Assembly (NCBI GenBank): GCA_963775425.1 | Contig: CAVZJB010000017.1 | Coordinates: forward strand, 256,001-320,000 | Length of the DNA stretch: 64,000 nucleotides | DNA from: an uncultured delta proteobacterium | GTDB taxonomy: Bacteria; Myxococcota; UBA727; VGSZ01 | Direction of reading: 5' to 3' | Shown: positions 47,258 through 57,951 of the stretch, piece after piece | Numbering within the stretch: position 1 is the stretch's first letter | How the letters are laid out: the number at the start of each line of letters is the position of its first letter | The notes under the pieces: model-generated | The model's input: the letters and a program-made list of their open reading frames with translations, nothing else | Databases searched by the model: none | Told to the model about the DNA's origin: nothing | Program-made: the position numbers and the translations under genes

Positions 47258-49129
47258 TCACTTGTCGGGGAGGACCCGGTAGACGTTCTCCGCTTCACGA
47301 CGCGTGCGCTCGTACAGCGCGGCCTCGGTGTAGCGCTCGACGACCTTCGCGTCGGGCAGCTTGGAGTAGTCGGGCCGGCCACGCCGGGTCTTGCCGGCGA
47401 GCTCGGCGCGGGCGTCGTCTCGAACGTTGCGCTCTGCCTTGAGCAGGTTCATGTACGCGACGCCGAAGCGCGAGAGGGTCGTCTTGTTCCGGTCCTTGAT
47501 GAGCAACGGGTTCTCGTCGAGGCGGCGATCGATCTCGGCGCGGTGCGCCTTGTACGTGGCGAAGTCTCCGCTCGCCGCCGCGGCGGCCTCGACCGCAGTC
47601 GTGTGATCCGGCTTCTTGTCGTCGACCTTGTCGTCGTTCTTCTTGTCGTCGTCGCCCTTCTTGGCGTCGTCGCCCTTCTTGCCGTCGTCCGCCGCGGCCT
47701 TCTTGTCGTCGTCGCCCTTCTTGGCGTCGTCGCCCTTCTTGTCGTCACCCTTCTTGACGTCGTCCGACGCCGCCTTCTTGTCGTCGTCGCCCTTCTTGTC
47801 GGCGTCGGCATCCTTCTTGTCCGCGTCGTCGCCCGCCTTGGCGTCATCACCCTTCTTGTCGTCGTCGGTGGTGACCGTGGCGGCAGCGCCCGCGCGCACG
47901 GCGTGCACCGCGTCGACGATGCTGTTGACGCAGCGGTAGAGGCCGCCGAGGCCGGCGAGGATGGTGACGACGAGCATGAGCGTCTGCGCCCACTTCGCGC
48001 ACCGCCACGCCTTCACCCACGTCCAGCCGACGAACGGCGACAGCGGCGCCGTCACCGCCATCAACAGTGCAGGGATGATCTGCAGGAAGCCGGCCGCGCC
48101 GAACGACGCGGTGAGCTTGACGATCACGGCGGCGAGCAGCGTGGCGAGCGCGGAGGGGATGGCGGCGAGGAGGACCGCCGTCTCGCCCATGATCACGGCG
48201 TTGGTGCGCGTCTTCTCGTCGGTCTCGCCCTTGAAGATGCGCTCGATGACGAACTTGGTTACCGGGTGCGCGATGAGGCCGGCGACGACGCTGACGGCGA
48301 CGCCGATGGCGAGGGAGACGATGGGAAAGAAGCCGAAGAAGGAGAAGCCGCCGCCCGCGATGAGCGTACCGAGGGCGCCCGCCCACGAGCCGAGCAGCGT
48401 CGTCGCCAACATGGCCGGCAGGATGAAGGCGATGAGCTCGAGCGGCCCCATGGCCTTGAGCTTGGGGTTCTCGACGCCCTTGCGAATGGTGCCGATGGGG
48501 TTGAGCGCCATCAGCGGAACGGCCGCGAGGTAGTAGGCGATGGACTTCGGAAGAGCCGCGATCACCGCGCCGGCGCCGCCGCCGCCGCCCTGCAGCTCGT
48601 CGAGGTACGGGTCGTTGTGCGGCGGCACGCCGCTGTCCATGTCCTGCGGCGCCGACACGGAGCGCGATCGCTGCGAGGGCTCGGGCGGCAGGAGCGGCTC
48701 GGCGTCGGGCACCGGCATCGGCTGGCCCGAGGGCCCGCCGGCGCCGCGGCGCTGCATCTGGGCCGACGACGCCTGCGAGCGGCGTGATCGCGGATCGGAG
48801 GCGTCGCCGTTCTTCATGGCGCCGCGCTGGCCCGACGCACCGTCGACGCTCACGATCTCGAATTGATGCTTGGACAGGGCGAACACGAAGCCCGGCGCGA
48901 GGGGCACGGGCTCCGTGATGCGGCGGTTGTTGACGACGGTGCCGTTGACGCTCTTGAGGTCCTCGAGGAGCCACTGGCCGTCTTTGCAGAAGATGCGCGC
49001 GTGGCGCTTGCTCACGGATTGGTCGGAGACCGTGATGTTGGCCGGGCCGCCCGCGCGACCGAAGATCATCCCTTCGGGAGGGATCGCGAAGACCTCCGCA
49101 GATTGGACGTTCTTGACCTCACACTTCAT
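47258..49129 (-). CDS. FHA-domain multi-pass membrane protein with D/K-rich repeats
   Basis: FGR, VSKRHA, DLKSVNGT; about 5 TM helices; DDKKG repeats. Confidence 0.85.
   Translation of the reverse strand: MKCEVKNVQSAEVFAIPPEGMIFGRAGGPANITVSDQSVSKRHARIFCKDGQWLLEDLKSVNGTVVNNRRITEPVPLAPGFVFALSKHQFEIVSVDGASGQRGAMKNGDASDPRSRRSQASSAQMQRRGAGGPSGQPMPVPDAEPLLPPEPSQRSRSVSAPQDMDSGVPPHNDPYLDELQGGGGGAGAVIAALPKSIAYYLAAVPLMALNPIGTIRKGVENPKLKAMGPLELIAFILPAMLATTLLGSWAGALGTLIAGGGFSFFGFFPIVSLAIGVAVSVVAGLIAHPVTKFVIERIFKGETDEKTRTNAVIMGETAVLLAAIPSALATLLAAVIVKLTASFGAAGFLQIIPALLMAVTAPLSPFVGWTWVKAWRCAKWAQTLMLVVTILAGLGGLYRCVNSIVDAVHAVRAGAAATVTTDDDKKGDDAKAGDDADKKDADADKKGDDDKKAASDDVKKGDDKKGDDAKKGDDDKKAAADDGKKGDDAKKGDDDKKNDDKVDDKKPDHTTAVEAAAAASGDFATYKAHRAEIDRRLDENPLLIKDRNKTTLSRFGVAYMNLLKAERNVRDDARAELAGKTRRGRPDYSKLPDAKVVERYTEAALYERTRREAENVYRVLPDK
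47607..47866 (-). repeat. Coding tandem repeat (DDDKKG/DDAKKG)
   Basis: Repeated TCGCCCTTCTTG(T/G)CGTCG units. Confidence 0.85.
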
Positions 49130-49215
49130 GTCGTCTGGGATCCCTCGCCTCGTACGTTAAGTGACGACGACGCTCCCCCGCAATAAAGGCGTCGGCGCGG
49201 ACGGCATACACGCGC

Positions 49216-52200
49216 CTACATCCCCGTGTCCTCGGTGATGCCGAGCTTCATCTCGTCGCTGTTCGCCTTGATCTCCGGCGCATACATCGCGAACCCGGTC
49301 GCCGGCATCGCCGAGAACGCGCCCGGCAGCTCCGCCCGCAGCCGGTAGGAGAGCAAGAGCTTGCCCTGTGTCAGCTCGTTCAAGAAGAACACGACGCGAT
49401 CGTCGCGCAGCTCCATGTGCGCCCACGCCTCGCCGCCGACGGTGCCCGAGCGCAGCGCCACGGCCTCGGCGCCCGCCGGCTTGGGGTCCTCGAAGGCGAG
49501 ATAGGTGTAGTCGTTCTTCGACGTCAGCGTGAGCTCGACGAGGATGAGATCACCGCTGTTGACCTGGGCGCCGGACCTGAGCGGCACCTTCTCGTACGCC
49601 ACCTCGCGCTGCGACAGCGACTGGCCGCGGGCGCCGGCGACGTCGTGGAGGCGATCGTGGCGAACGAGCTTGTAGTACCGGCGGTCGACCTTGACCTCCA
49701 GGCCCGCCGCCTTGATGTCGTCCTCGAGGGTGAAGAACGAGAGATACGCGTTGAAGTAGACGGCCCCCTGCCCCGTGCGGCGCACGGTGATCGTGTGCTT
49801 GCCGCCGCCGATCTCCTTGCCGTGCAGGCGGAGGTCGCCGTCCACCAGGAACATGTTCTTGGCGTCGACGTGCACCTTCTTCTTCACGGCGCCGTCGACG
49901 AGGATCTCGAGGTCGTAGTCCGGGTGGCGCTCACCCGACACCTGCATGTGGTTGGCGAACGCCGCCACCACCTGCGCGGTGTCGCGCGTGGAGTCCCAAT
50001 AGAAGCCGTGCTTCCTGTGGTTCAACAGCCACTTCACCACCTGCGGCGCCGCCGGGTCGCCGGGGCGGATGGCGTCGAGCGCGCGCAGGTACAGCGCGTT
50101 GGTCTCGATGTCGTCGTTGTACCAGTACCACCAGCCGGCCGTGGCGGTCTCGACGTACGCGGTCTCGTCTTCGGGATCCTCTTTGCGGAGCTGATCCACG
50201 TTCTGCAGCAGGAGGCTCGCGTTGCCCTCGTGCTTCAGGTTCTTCTCGGCGAGGGCGAGCAGGAGCTTTCCGTACGGCGTCAGTTGGATGCGCCGCTCGT
50301 ACAGCAGGTTCAGGAGCTCCTCGTGCGTGTCGCCGAAGCGGCTCATGACCCACAGGGCGTAGGCGTCGGCGTCGTTCACCCAGCGCTTGTCCTCGTCCCG
50401 CTTGTAGCGCCAGATCTCGGCCTCCACCTCGCGGCGCAGCGCCGAGCGCCCGCGCGCGAGCATGTCCCCGTCGACGGCGAGGTCGGCGCCCTTGGCGTCG
50501 AGCAGGCCGGCGAGCACCAGCGAGGTCATGTACACGGAGGACTCGTCGTCGGCCCACCAGCCCCAGCCGCCGTCGCCGTGCTGCATCTTGCGGATGCGGG
50601 TCATGCCGCGGTCGATGATGTCCGCGAGGAGCGCGCTGTCGTAGATCGGGTTGCGGTCGAGCTGCCGGTGCTCGCGCTCGTTCCTCTTGCTGTCCGCCGC
50701 GCCGCCTTTGTGTTGCGCGTCGAGGTCGCGGTGCGCCTTGGCGAGACCCTCGAGGGTGACGCCGCCGGACTGCTGGAGCGCCCTTCGCGTCAACACCGCC
50801 GGCACGAAGCGCGACAGCGTCTGCTCCACGCAACCGTACGGGTAGTCGAGCAGATACGGCAGCGCGTCGATCATCCCACCGGCCAACGACGGAGACGTCC
50901 GCACCACCAGCTCGGTCTGGTCCTCGCGCCGCTCCTTCGGCACCTCCACCTCGACGCTCTTGTCCGCCGAAGCGCCGGCGCCGGCCGAGATGGATCCCGT
51001 GCGCGCGACCATCTTCTCCATGCCGTGCACCAGCACGGGGAAGGTGAGCTCCTTGGCGTCGCCGTCGTGGGCGCCCTTGGCGGTGACGCGCACCTTGGCC
51101 TGCCCCTCGCCGCGCACGGAGACGGAGAAGTCCACGCGCACCTCGCCGCCGGCGGGCACGCTCACGTCCCTCTGGCGCGCGCCGGCGACGGACAACAGGT
51201 CGTCGCTCACGTCGAGCGACACCTTCACGCGCTCGGCGGCCGCGCGCTTGTTCTGCACGATGGCCGACAGCGTCACGCGGTCGCGGTCGCGGAAGAAGCG
51301 TGGCGCCGCGAGGCGTACGAGCAGGTCCTTGGTGGTGACGATGGAGGCGTCGCCGCGGCCGACGCGCGCGCCCTGGTCGATGCCCACGGCGCGCACGCTC
51401 CACGTCGTGAGGTTCTCGGGGAACGTCACCGGCACGCGCGCCGTTCCGTCGGCGCCCGTGACGACGCTCGTGAACAGCGCGGTGTCGGCGAACTGGGTGC
51501 GCACATGGGGCGCGGGCCCGCCGGCGGACGCTCCCGTGTCTGCCTCGTCGCGCGCCGCGTGGCCCGACGGCGCCTTCTTCTCGCTTTGGCGATCGTCGGC
51601 GTCCTTCATGTCCGTCGACACCGACGTAGCCGGCGCATCCGCCCGCGCCGCCCCCTCGGCCTCGCCCTCGCGCGCGCGGCGGGTCTCTGCGCTCTTGGCC
51701 CGGCCGCCGCCGCCGAAGCCGACGCCGTTGGCTGCGAGCCCGTCGAGCGCCTCGTCGGCGAGGAGCGCGGTGGCCTCGCCGCCCTCCGCGTGCACGAAGT
51801 CGATCTGCCGCTGGAACCGCCGCTGCGCCCGGCTCTGGAGCTGCCACCGCGCCTGCTGGTCGGGCGCGGTGGCGCCTCCCCACACCGCCTGCGCGCGCCC
51901 GAGGCTGCTCGTGGCCGACGGCTGGTGCCAGCGTTTTCGTCCCCACAGGTGCTTGCGCACGTCGACGGTGGCGTCGGGGGCGATGGCGAGCACCGACGCG
52001 TCGAACACCGTGAGCGCCACCTCCGCGGCCACGGGCTTGCCCTGCCCGTCGGTGGTGGTCACCACGAGCTCGCTCTTGCCGCCGGGCTTCACCACGGCGG
52101 CGGCGGGCTTCACCGAGATGCGCAGGTCGCTCGCCGTGGGCGGCACGAACAGCTCGCGCGCCTCCTCGAACACCTGCGCGCCCGCGACCGTGGTGGCCTC

Positions 52201-55200
52201 GACGAAGAAGTTGGGCACGTTGGCGGCGGTGACGGGCACCTCGATGACCTCGCTCTTGCCGTCCTTCGGTAGATCGATGACACGCCAATCGAGCAGCGTG
52301 CCGCTGTCCACCTTGGTGGCGAGGAGCACCGACGCGCCGGCGCGGTCCGCGCTCACGAGGAGCCGCGCCGTGTCGCCGGGAGCGTAGGTGCGCTTGTCGG
52401 GGATGACCTCGACGCCGGCGAAGCGGTAGGTGTTGCCGGTGAAGTCGGGGCCCACCACCCACGCCACCGCGCTCGAGCGCACCTCGCGACCGTCCTTGTC
52501 GCGCGCGAAGAACGTGAAGCGGTACTGACCGGTCTTGGGCGCGCGCCAACGCAGCCGCGTGGCGCCTTTGTCGTCGGTGGCGAGCGGCTTTTCCTCGACG
52601 ATCTTCTCGCCGCGGACGGCGCCGTTTTCGGTGACGCCGAGGATCTCCTCGACGCGGAGCGTGCCCTGCACCGGCACGAGCGACCCGTCCGGGAGCAGCG
52701 TCGACACCAGCATCGAGACGTCGTCGCCCGCGCGCGCCCACCCGGCCTCCAGCTCGAGCGACGCGAGGAACGCCGTCCGCGTCACCGTCACCGCGCCCGA
52801 GCCCTTCACCACGTGCCGCGACAGATCGGTGACCTCGGCCTCCACGCTGTATTCGTGGTCGCGGTCGCCGAGGTCGTGCGCGGCGGCGGTGGTGTCGACG
52901 ACGACGGCGAGCACGCCCTTGTCATCGGTGACGCCCTCACCCTCGAGCACGAGCTCCTTGGGCGGCTCGGGCTTCGGGCCCCACCACGGGTACCAGAAGA
53001 TCGGGTGCGGCCCGCAGTCGTCCCACCAGGGGAACCACGAGTACGGGTACCAGATGCGGCCGTACCCCGGCCCGTACAGCCAGTCCCAGGGCGTGGGCGC
53101 CGCGTACGTGACCTCGTGGTCGCGACGGAAGATCTTGTAGTGCACCTTGGCGCCGTGCACGGGCCCGCCGGAGTAGTAGTCGGCGTGCACCTCGACGGGG
53201 ACCTTGTCGCCGAGGCGCGCCTGCCCCGCCGCCTTCACCGTCACCTGCACCTCGGGCGCCTTGTACTCCTCGACGCGGAATGTGGCGCCGCCGGTGTCGG
53301 CGTAACGGCCGTCGACGAGGACCTCCAGCCGATACGCGCCGAGCGGCGCGCCCTTCTTGAGCGGGAGGCGCAGCGCCGCGGAGCCCCAGGGGCCGGCCGC
53401 CTGCTCGTCGTCGATGACCTGCGCGCCGCGGCTGTCGTAGATGCGCGTGCGCATCCGCTTCACCCCGGTGGCCGGCTCGTACGCGCCCTTCTTCTTGTGA
53501 CGCGCCCACACCTTCAGTTGCACGGTGTCCCCGGGGCGATACACGGGGCGATCGGTGACGACGACGGCGACCTCCTCGTCCTCGCCCGTGGCGGTCGGCG
53601 AGTAGTTGTCACCGAGCCACTCGTCCACGGGCATGGTGAACGCGTCGCCCACGCGCACGCTCACCATGGCGTTCAGCTCGGCGTTCTTCGGCAACAGCGC
53701 GAGGCCGTGCTCGTCGCTGGTGAGCGCCACCTGTTTGGAGAGGCGAACCTCATGGTCGTCCACCCAGCGCGAGCCGTAGAAGAACACGTCGAGCGACGCG
53801 CCGGGGATCGGCTTCCCGCTCTCCGCGTCCACCACCCACGCCACGGTGCCGCGCGCGGTCTTCTTGAGCACGACGGCTGCGTCGTCGACGACGACGAGGG
53901 TGCGAGAGAGGACATCGGGCTTGCCCTTCTCCCGCGCTTCGACGAGCCACACGCCGGCCTTCGACAGCGGCGTCGGCAGCGTGGCTTCGGCGTACCGGAA
54001 GCTGGGATTGGGGTGGACGACGGCGGCGAACGTGACGACGTCCTTGGTCAGGTACCGCGAGGACTTGTTGGTCTCGTTGGCCTGCACGAACGCCCAGCCG
54101 AGGTTGTTGGGGTCGATGGCGCCGTTGTCACCTCTGCGCCGGCTGCCGTTCTTCCACCGCTTCTCGAAGTCGCTCAGCACCCGCTGGGCGTCGATGCGCG
54201 TGGCGGTGAAGTCGATGCCGCGCAGGTTCCGCAGCCGCACGGAGACGACGGCGGGCTTTCCGGCCGACTGCGCGCCCTTCGATTGGAAGACGACCTCGGG
54301 GCGGCGGATGCCGTTGAGGCTCGCGCGCACCTGGCCCTCGTGGGCGCCGCCCTTGTGCTCCTTCAGGTAGCTCTCGTAGGCGGCGACGGCGCGCGGGTAC
54401 TGCTGGCGCGACTGGAAATAGGTCCCCAACAGCGCCTCCGCTTCGTCCGCCGCCTTCGCGTGGGGATAGAGGCTCTGCACGCGCGCCAGCAGCCGCGGCA
54501 CGCTCTCGTCCGCGGGCACGGTGACACGGCGGACGCCGGTGGCGACGAGCGTGATGACCTCGTCGTCACCGAGGCGGAACATCTCTTCGTCCTTGGCTGC
54601 GTCCTTGTACGGGTAGCTGCCGCGCCACCACCAACTGCGCAGCCGGTCCAGCCGCTCGCCGCCGTCGCGCGTGCGGAACAGGAGCGCCTGCTGCAGGAGC
54701 GCCTGTGCCGCGGTCTCCTTGTTCGCGTCGTCGTCGACGGACTGCGCCTCCGCGAGGAGGAACTTGATCTTCTCGGTGTCGCCGAGCGCGGGGGCGTAGG
54801 CGCTCGGCTTGTCGGCGAACAGCACCGCGCCCTGGGGGGACACCGGCAGCCCGCGCGGCCGGGCCTGCTGAAGCGCGGCGCTCCACGACGTGTTGCGCCA
54901 CTCGCCGGCGTGCTCGTCGTCGCCCTCGGCGTCGGCGAGGCCGTCGTCGGGGCCGTTGTCCGGCGCCCACCACCACCCCCACGTCGCGTCGAACGCGGTG
55001 AAGCGCGCGACGGCGAGCGCGAGATCGATGTCGACCGCGGCACGCTCGCTGCCCTTGACGGCGGTCTCGTGCGCGAGGAGCTCGCGGGCCTCCTCGAGGT
55101 CGGCGACGGCGGCGGCGCGGTCTTCGGCGTAGGTCTGCGTCTGCTTGCCCTGGTCGTAGCGGCCGCGCAGGAATTCGCCGCCGCGGGTGGTTCCCCAGTG

Positions 55201-55728
55201 CGGCACGGCGAGCCTGGTCGACGCCAGCACGCGCAGGAGCCGGGCGCGCGTGACGACGTCGGCGGGGGCGTCGTACGCGCCGAGCGCGTCCTCGAAGAAG
55301 CGGAACCCCTCACCATACTCGCCGCGCCGAAACGCCATACGGAGCGCGCGCTCCACGGCAACGGGCGCGTGTGCGTCGTGCGGGAAGAACACCACGAGGC
55401 CCTCGTACGCCTCCTGCGCGTCCTTCCAGTTCTGGCTCTTGTCCTGCTCCTGGCCACGCTCCCACAGCGTCTCTTCATCGGCCTTGCGCAGGCTCTCTTC
55501 GAGCGCGTGCCAGCGGGCGTCACGGGCATCGCGCGCCGCCTTCTTGCGCGCCGCGGCGGCCACCGGATCCTCGGCTGGTGCGAAGTCCTCTCCGACGACG
55601 CCGGCGCTGTGTGCCGCACCGTCCGCGGGCAACGACCTGGCGCTGGCGTGCCCCGCGCAGGGTCCGGTGCACGCCGCGATGGCGGCTGCACACATCAGAG
55701 CACACGCGATACGGCGAGGATCAGCCAT
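49216..55728 (-). CDS. Second alpha-2-macroglobulin family lipoprotein with N-terminal TPR-like region
   Basis: IAAC lipobox; TPR-like helices; TDRPVYRPG, FRVEEY, FPENLTTW, YPYGCVEQ, AMYAPE. Confidence 0.92.
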   Translation of the reverse strand: MADPRRIACALMCAAAIAACTGPCAGHASARSLPADGAAHSAGVVGEDFAPAEDPVAAAARKKAARDARDARWHALEESLRKADEETLWERGQEQDKSQNWKDAQEAYEGLVVFFPHDAHAPVAVERALRMAFRRGEYGEGFRFFEDALGAYDAPADVVTRARLLRVLASTRLAVPHWGTTRGGEFLRGRYDQGKQTQTYAEDRAAAVADLEEARELLAHETAVKGSERAAVDIDLALAVARFTAFDATWGWWWAPDNGPDDGLADAEGDDEHAGEWRNTSWSAALQQARPRGLPVSPQGAVLFADKPSAYAPALGDTEKIKFLLAEAQSVDDDANKETAAQALLQQALLFRTRDGGERLDRLRSWWWRGSYPYKDAAKDEEMFRLGDDEVITLVATGVRRVTVPADESVPRLLARVQSLYPHAKAADEAEALLGTYFQSRQQYPRAVAAYESYLKEHKGGAHEGQVRASLNGIRRPEVVFQSKGAQSAGKPAVVSVRLRNLRGIDFTATRIDAQRVLSDFEKRWKNGSRRRGDNGAIDPNNLGWAFVQANETNKSSRYLTKDVVTFAAVVHPNPSFRYAEATLPTPLSKAGVWLVEAREKGKPDVLSRTLVVVDDAAVVLKKTARGTVAWVVDAESGKPIPGASLDVFFYGSRWVDDHEVRLSKQVALTSDEHGLALLPKNAELNAMVSVRVGDAFTMPVDEWLGDNYSPTATGEDEEVAVVVTDRPVYRPGDTVQLKVWARHKKKGAYEPATGVKRMRTRIYDSRGAQVIDDEQAAGPWGSAALRLPLKKGAPLGAYRLEVLVDGRYADTGGATFRVEEYKAPEVQVTVKAAGQARLGDKVPVEVHADYYSGGPVHGAKVHYKIFRRDHEVTYAAPTPWDWLYGPGYGRIWYPYSWFPWWDDCGPHPIFWYPWWGPKPEPPKELVLEGEGVTDDKGVLAVVVDTTAAAHDLGDRDHEYSVEAEVTDLSRHVVKGSGAVTVTRTAFLASLELEAGWARAGDDVSMLVSTLLPDGSLVPVQGTLRVEEILGVTENGAVRGEKIVEEKPLATDDKGATRLRWRAPKTGQYRFTFFARDKDGREVRSSAVAWVVGPDFTGNTYRFAGVEVIPDKRTYAPGDTARLLVSADRAGASVLLATKVDSGTLLDWRVIDLPKDGKSEVIEVPVTAANVPNFFVEATTVAGAQVFEEARELFVPPTASDLRISVKPAAAVVKPGGKSELVVTTTDGQGKPVAAEVALTVFDASVLAIAPDATVDVRKHLWGRKRWHQPSATSSLGRAQAVWGGATAPDQQARWQLQSRAQRRFQRQIDFVHAEGGEATALLADEALDGLAANGVGFGGGGRAKSAETRRAREGEAEGAARADAPATSVSTDMKDADDRQSEKKAPSGHAARDEADTGASAGGPAPHVRTQFADTALFTSVVTGADGTARVPVTFPENLTTWSVRAVGIDQGARVGRGDASIVTTKDLLVRLAAPRFFRDRDRVTLSAIVQNKRAAAERVKVSLDVSDDLLSVAGARQRDVSVPAGGEVRVDFSVSVRGEGQAKVRVTAKGAHDGDAKELTFPVLVHGMEKMVARTGSISAGAGASADKSVEVEVPKERREDQTELVVRTSPSLAGGMIDALPYLLDYPYGCVEQTLSRFVPAVLTRRALQQSGGVTLEGLAKAHRDLDAQHKGGAADSKRNEREHRQLDRNPIYDSALLADIIDRGMTRIRKMQHGDGGWGWWADDESSVYMTSLVLAGLLDAKGADLAVDGDMLARGRSALRREVEAEIWRYKRDEDKRWVNDADAYALWVMSRFGDTHEELLNLLYERRIQLTPYGKLLLALAEKNLKHEGNASLLLQNVDQLRKEDPEDETAYVETATAGWWYWYNDDIETNALYLRALDAIRPGDPAAPQVVKWLLNHRKHGFYWDSTRDTAQVVAAFANHMQVSGERHPDYDLEILVDGAVKKKVHVDAKNMFLVDGDLRLHGKEIGGGKHTITVRRTGQGAVYFNAYLSFFTLEDDIKAAGLEVKVDRRYYKLVRHDRLHDVAGARGQSLSQREVAYEKVPLRSGAQVNSGDLILVELTLTSKNDYTYLAFEDPKPAGAEAVALRSGTVGGEAWAHMELRDDRVVFFLNELTQGKLLLSYRLRAELPGAFSAMPATGFAMYAPEIKANSDEMKLGITEDTGM

Positions 55729-55849
55729 CGAGCACCTCAGTCTCGGCCTACAAACGGGCGAGGTGCGGCATTGATCTCACAGTGTCCCGAAGCTCGACGA
55801 CGCCCCGCGACGCGACACGGTCGAGCGCCTGCCGTGAGATGCTTTCAGC

Positions 55850-57889
55850 GTGGCACCGCGGCGTCACCACGTTTCGCTGTCCGTGGGCCTCGTCGCCGGC
55901 GTCCTCGCCCTCGGCGCGTGCGCCGCCGGCTGCGACCCCATTGCGCTCGCGTGCGACAGCTCGCGCGACTGTCCCGATGGCCAGAGCTGCAGCGCCAGGC
56001 TGTGCAGCGCCGCCCCACCCGGCGAGGGCGAAGGAGAGGGCGACGAAGGCGAGGGAGAGGGCGAAGGAGAGGGCGAAGGAGAGGGCGAAGGAGAGGGCGA
56101 AGGAGAGGGCGAAGGAGAAGGAGAGGGCGACGAGGGCGAAGGAGAGGGAGAAGGAGAGGGCGAGGGAGACGCCGGCGAGGGAGAAGGAGAAGGAGAAGGC
56201 GAAGGCGATCCCGTCTGCGGCGACGGCACAGTCGCGGGGACCGAGGAGTGCGACGACGCCAACGCCGTCGAGGGCGACGGCTGCGACAGCAACTGCACCG
56301 AGTCCCGCTGCGGCAACGGCGTCGCCTCATCCACCGAGGCGTGCGACGACGGCAACCTCGACGACGACGACGGCTGCGACAGCAACTGCACGCTCACCGG
56401 CTGCGGCAACGGCATCGTCACGTCCGGCGAAGACTGTGACGACGGCAACGACGTCGAGGGCGACGGCTGCGACAGCAACTGCACCGTGAGCGCCTGCGGC
56501 AATGGCGTGACAGCACCCGACGAGGCGTGCGACGACGGCAACCTCACGAGCGGCGACGGCTGCGACAGCAACTGCACCCTGTCGGGGTGCGGCAACAGCA
56601 TCGTCGCCGCCCCCGAGGTCTGCGACGACGGCGCCGACAACAGCAACGCCCCCGACGCCACCTGCCGGCTCGACTGCTCCCCCCAGCGCTGCGGCGACCA
56701 CATCATCGACGTCGCGCACGGGGAGGCGTGCGACGGAGCGCCCGGCTGCGATCCGGTCACCTGCGTCTTCGGCGCGCAGTTGTGCGTCAGCGACCAGACC
56801 GGGGCGCTGCAGTGCTGGCTCGACATCCCCTCGCTCGTCCACGGCGCCCCGCAACAGCCCGCGCCCGTCGACGGCGCCGCGCCCACGAGCCCCTACTTCC
56901 TCGACGTAAACCTCGCCTGCTCGAGCGCGCTCGTGAACATGAACGCGCTCACGGGCACCGCCGCCTCCCTGTGCGGCGTCAGCGTTCCGATGCAGATCGC
57001 CAACGACGGCGACGGCCAGTCCACCGCCATCTTCACCATGCGCTCGCTGTCCCTCAGCGGGCAGCTCCGCTTCGCCGGCAACAAGAACGTGCTCTTCGTC
57101 GTCTACGGCGACGTGAACATCGAGAGCGGGTCACGCCTCGACGTGAGCGCCGCCAGCACCACCGCGGGCGCGGGCGCGCGCACGTGCAGCAACGCCAACG
57201 GCGCGGGCGGCGGCGGCGGCGGCGACGACGGCGGCGGCGCGGGCGGCAGCCACGGCACCAGCGGCGCCCGCGGCGGCCGGAGCGGCAACGACACGGCCGG
57301 CGTGGTGCACGCGTCGACGGCCGCGGACATCCAGACCTCGCTGCTCCGGGGCTGCCCGGGCGGGCGCGGTGGAAACTCCAACAACTCCAACGGCCGCGGC
57401 GGCGGCGCCGGCGGCGCGCTGCAAATCTCTGCCGGCGGCACCGTCACCATCGCGGGGACGGTCAGCGCCAACGGCGGCGGCGGCACGCGCGACACCGTCG
57501 CCGACGGCGGCGGCGGCGGCGGCGGCTCGGGCGGCGACATCTACGTGCAGGCCGTGCGGCTCTTCGTCAGCGGCGCCGTCGTCGCACAGGCCGGCAGCGG
57601 CGCCGGCAGCAGCAACGGCAGGAACGGGCAGGACGGCTCCCCCGACCCGCTGCAACAGGCCGCCGGCGGCACCGCGGGCAGCAACGGCACCGCAGGCGGC
57701 AAGGGCGCGGGCGCGGCCGGCGACGGCAACATCAACGGCGCCACGGCCGGCGGCGACATCAGCGACACCACGTCCCACGGGGCCGGCGGGGGCGGCGGCG
57801 GCGCCGGCCGGGTGGGCCTCGCGCTCCCCTCCTGCGCGGGCCTGCCCGTGGCACCCTTTTCGCCGCAGCCGAGCTGCCAGGTCCGGTGA
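55850..57889 (+). CDS. Cysteine-rich repeat (DUF4215-like) surface lipoprotein with (GE)n linker and Gly-rich C-terminus
   Basis: Signal peptide with Cys; CGNG..EXCDDGN..DGCDSNC repeats; GGGGGGSGG blocks. Confidence 0.85.
   Translation: MAPRRHHVSLSVGLVAGVLALGACAAGCDPIALACDSSRDCPDGQSCSARLCSAAPPGEGEGEGDEGEGEGEGEGEGEGEGEGEGEGEGEGEGDEGEGEGEGEGEGDAGEGEGEGEGEGDPVCGDGTVAGTEECDDANAVEGDGCDSNCTESRCGNGVASSTEACDDGNLDDDDGCDSNCTLTGCGNGIVTSGEDCDDGNDVEGDGCDSNCTVSACGNGVTAPDEACDDGNLTSGDGCDSNCTLSGCGNSIVAAPEVCDDGADNSNAPDATCRLDCSPQRCGDHIIDVAHGEACDGAPGCDPVTCVFGAQLCVSDQTGALQCWLDIPSLVHGAPQQPAPVDGAAPTSPYFLDVNLACSSALVNMNALTGTAASLCGVSVPMQIANDGDGQSTAIFTMRSLSLSGQLRFAGNKNVLFVVYGDVNIESGSRLDVSAASTTAGAGARTCSNANGAGGGGGGDDGGGAGGSHGTSGARGGRSGNDTAGVVHASTAADIQTSLLRGCPGGRGGNSNNSNGRGGGAGGALQISAGGTVTIAGTVSANGGGGTRDTVADGGGGGGGSGGDIYVQAVRLFVSGAVVAQAGSGAGSSNGRNGQDGSPDPLQQAAGGTAGSNGTAGGKGAGAAGDGNINGATAGGDISDTTSHGAGGGGGGAGRVGLALPSCAGLPVAPFSPQPSCQVR
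56021..56206 (+). repeat. Purine-rich coding repeat encoding (GE)n
   Basis: GAAGGAGAGGGC-type 6/12-bp periodic repeats. Confidence 0.9.
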
Positions 57890-57951
57890 GCCGCCTGCGC
57901 CCTTGATCTCTCGGGGCCTCTCGCGGGAGCGTGCGCTCCACCGGGGCTTTG

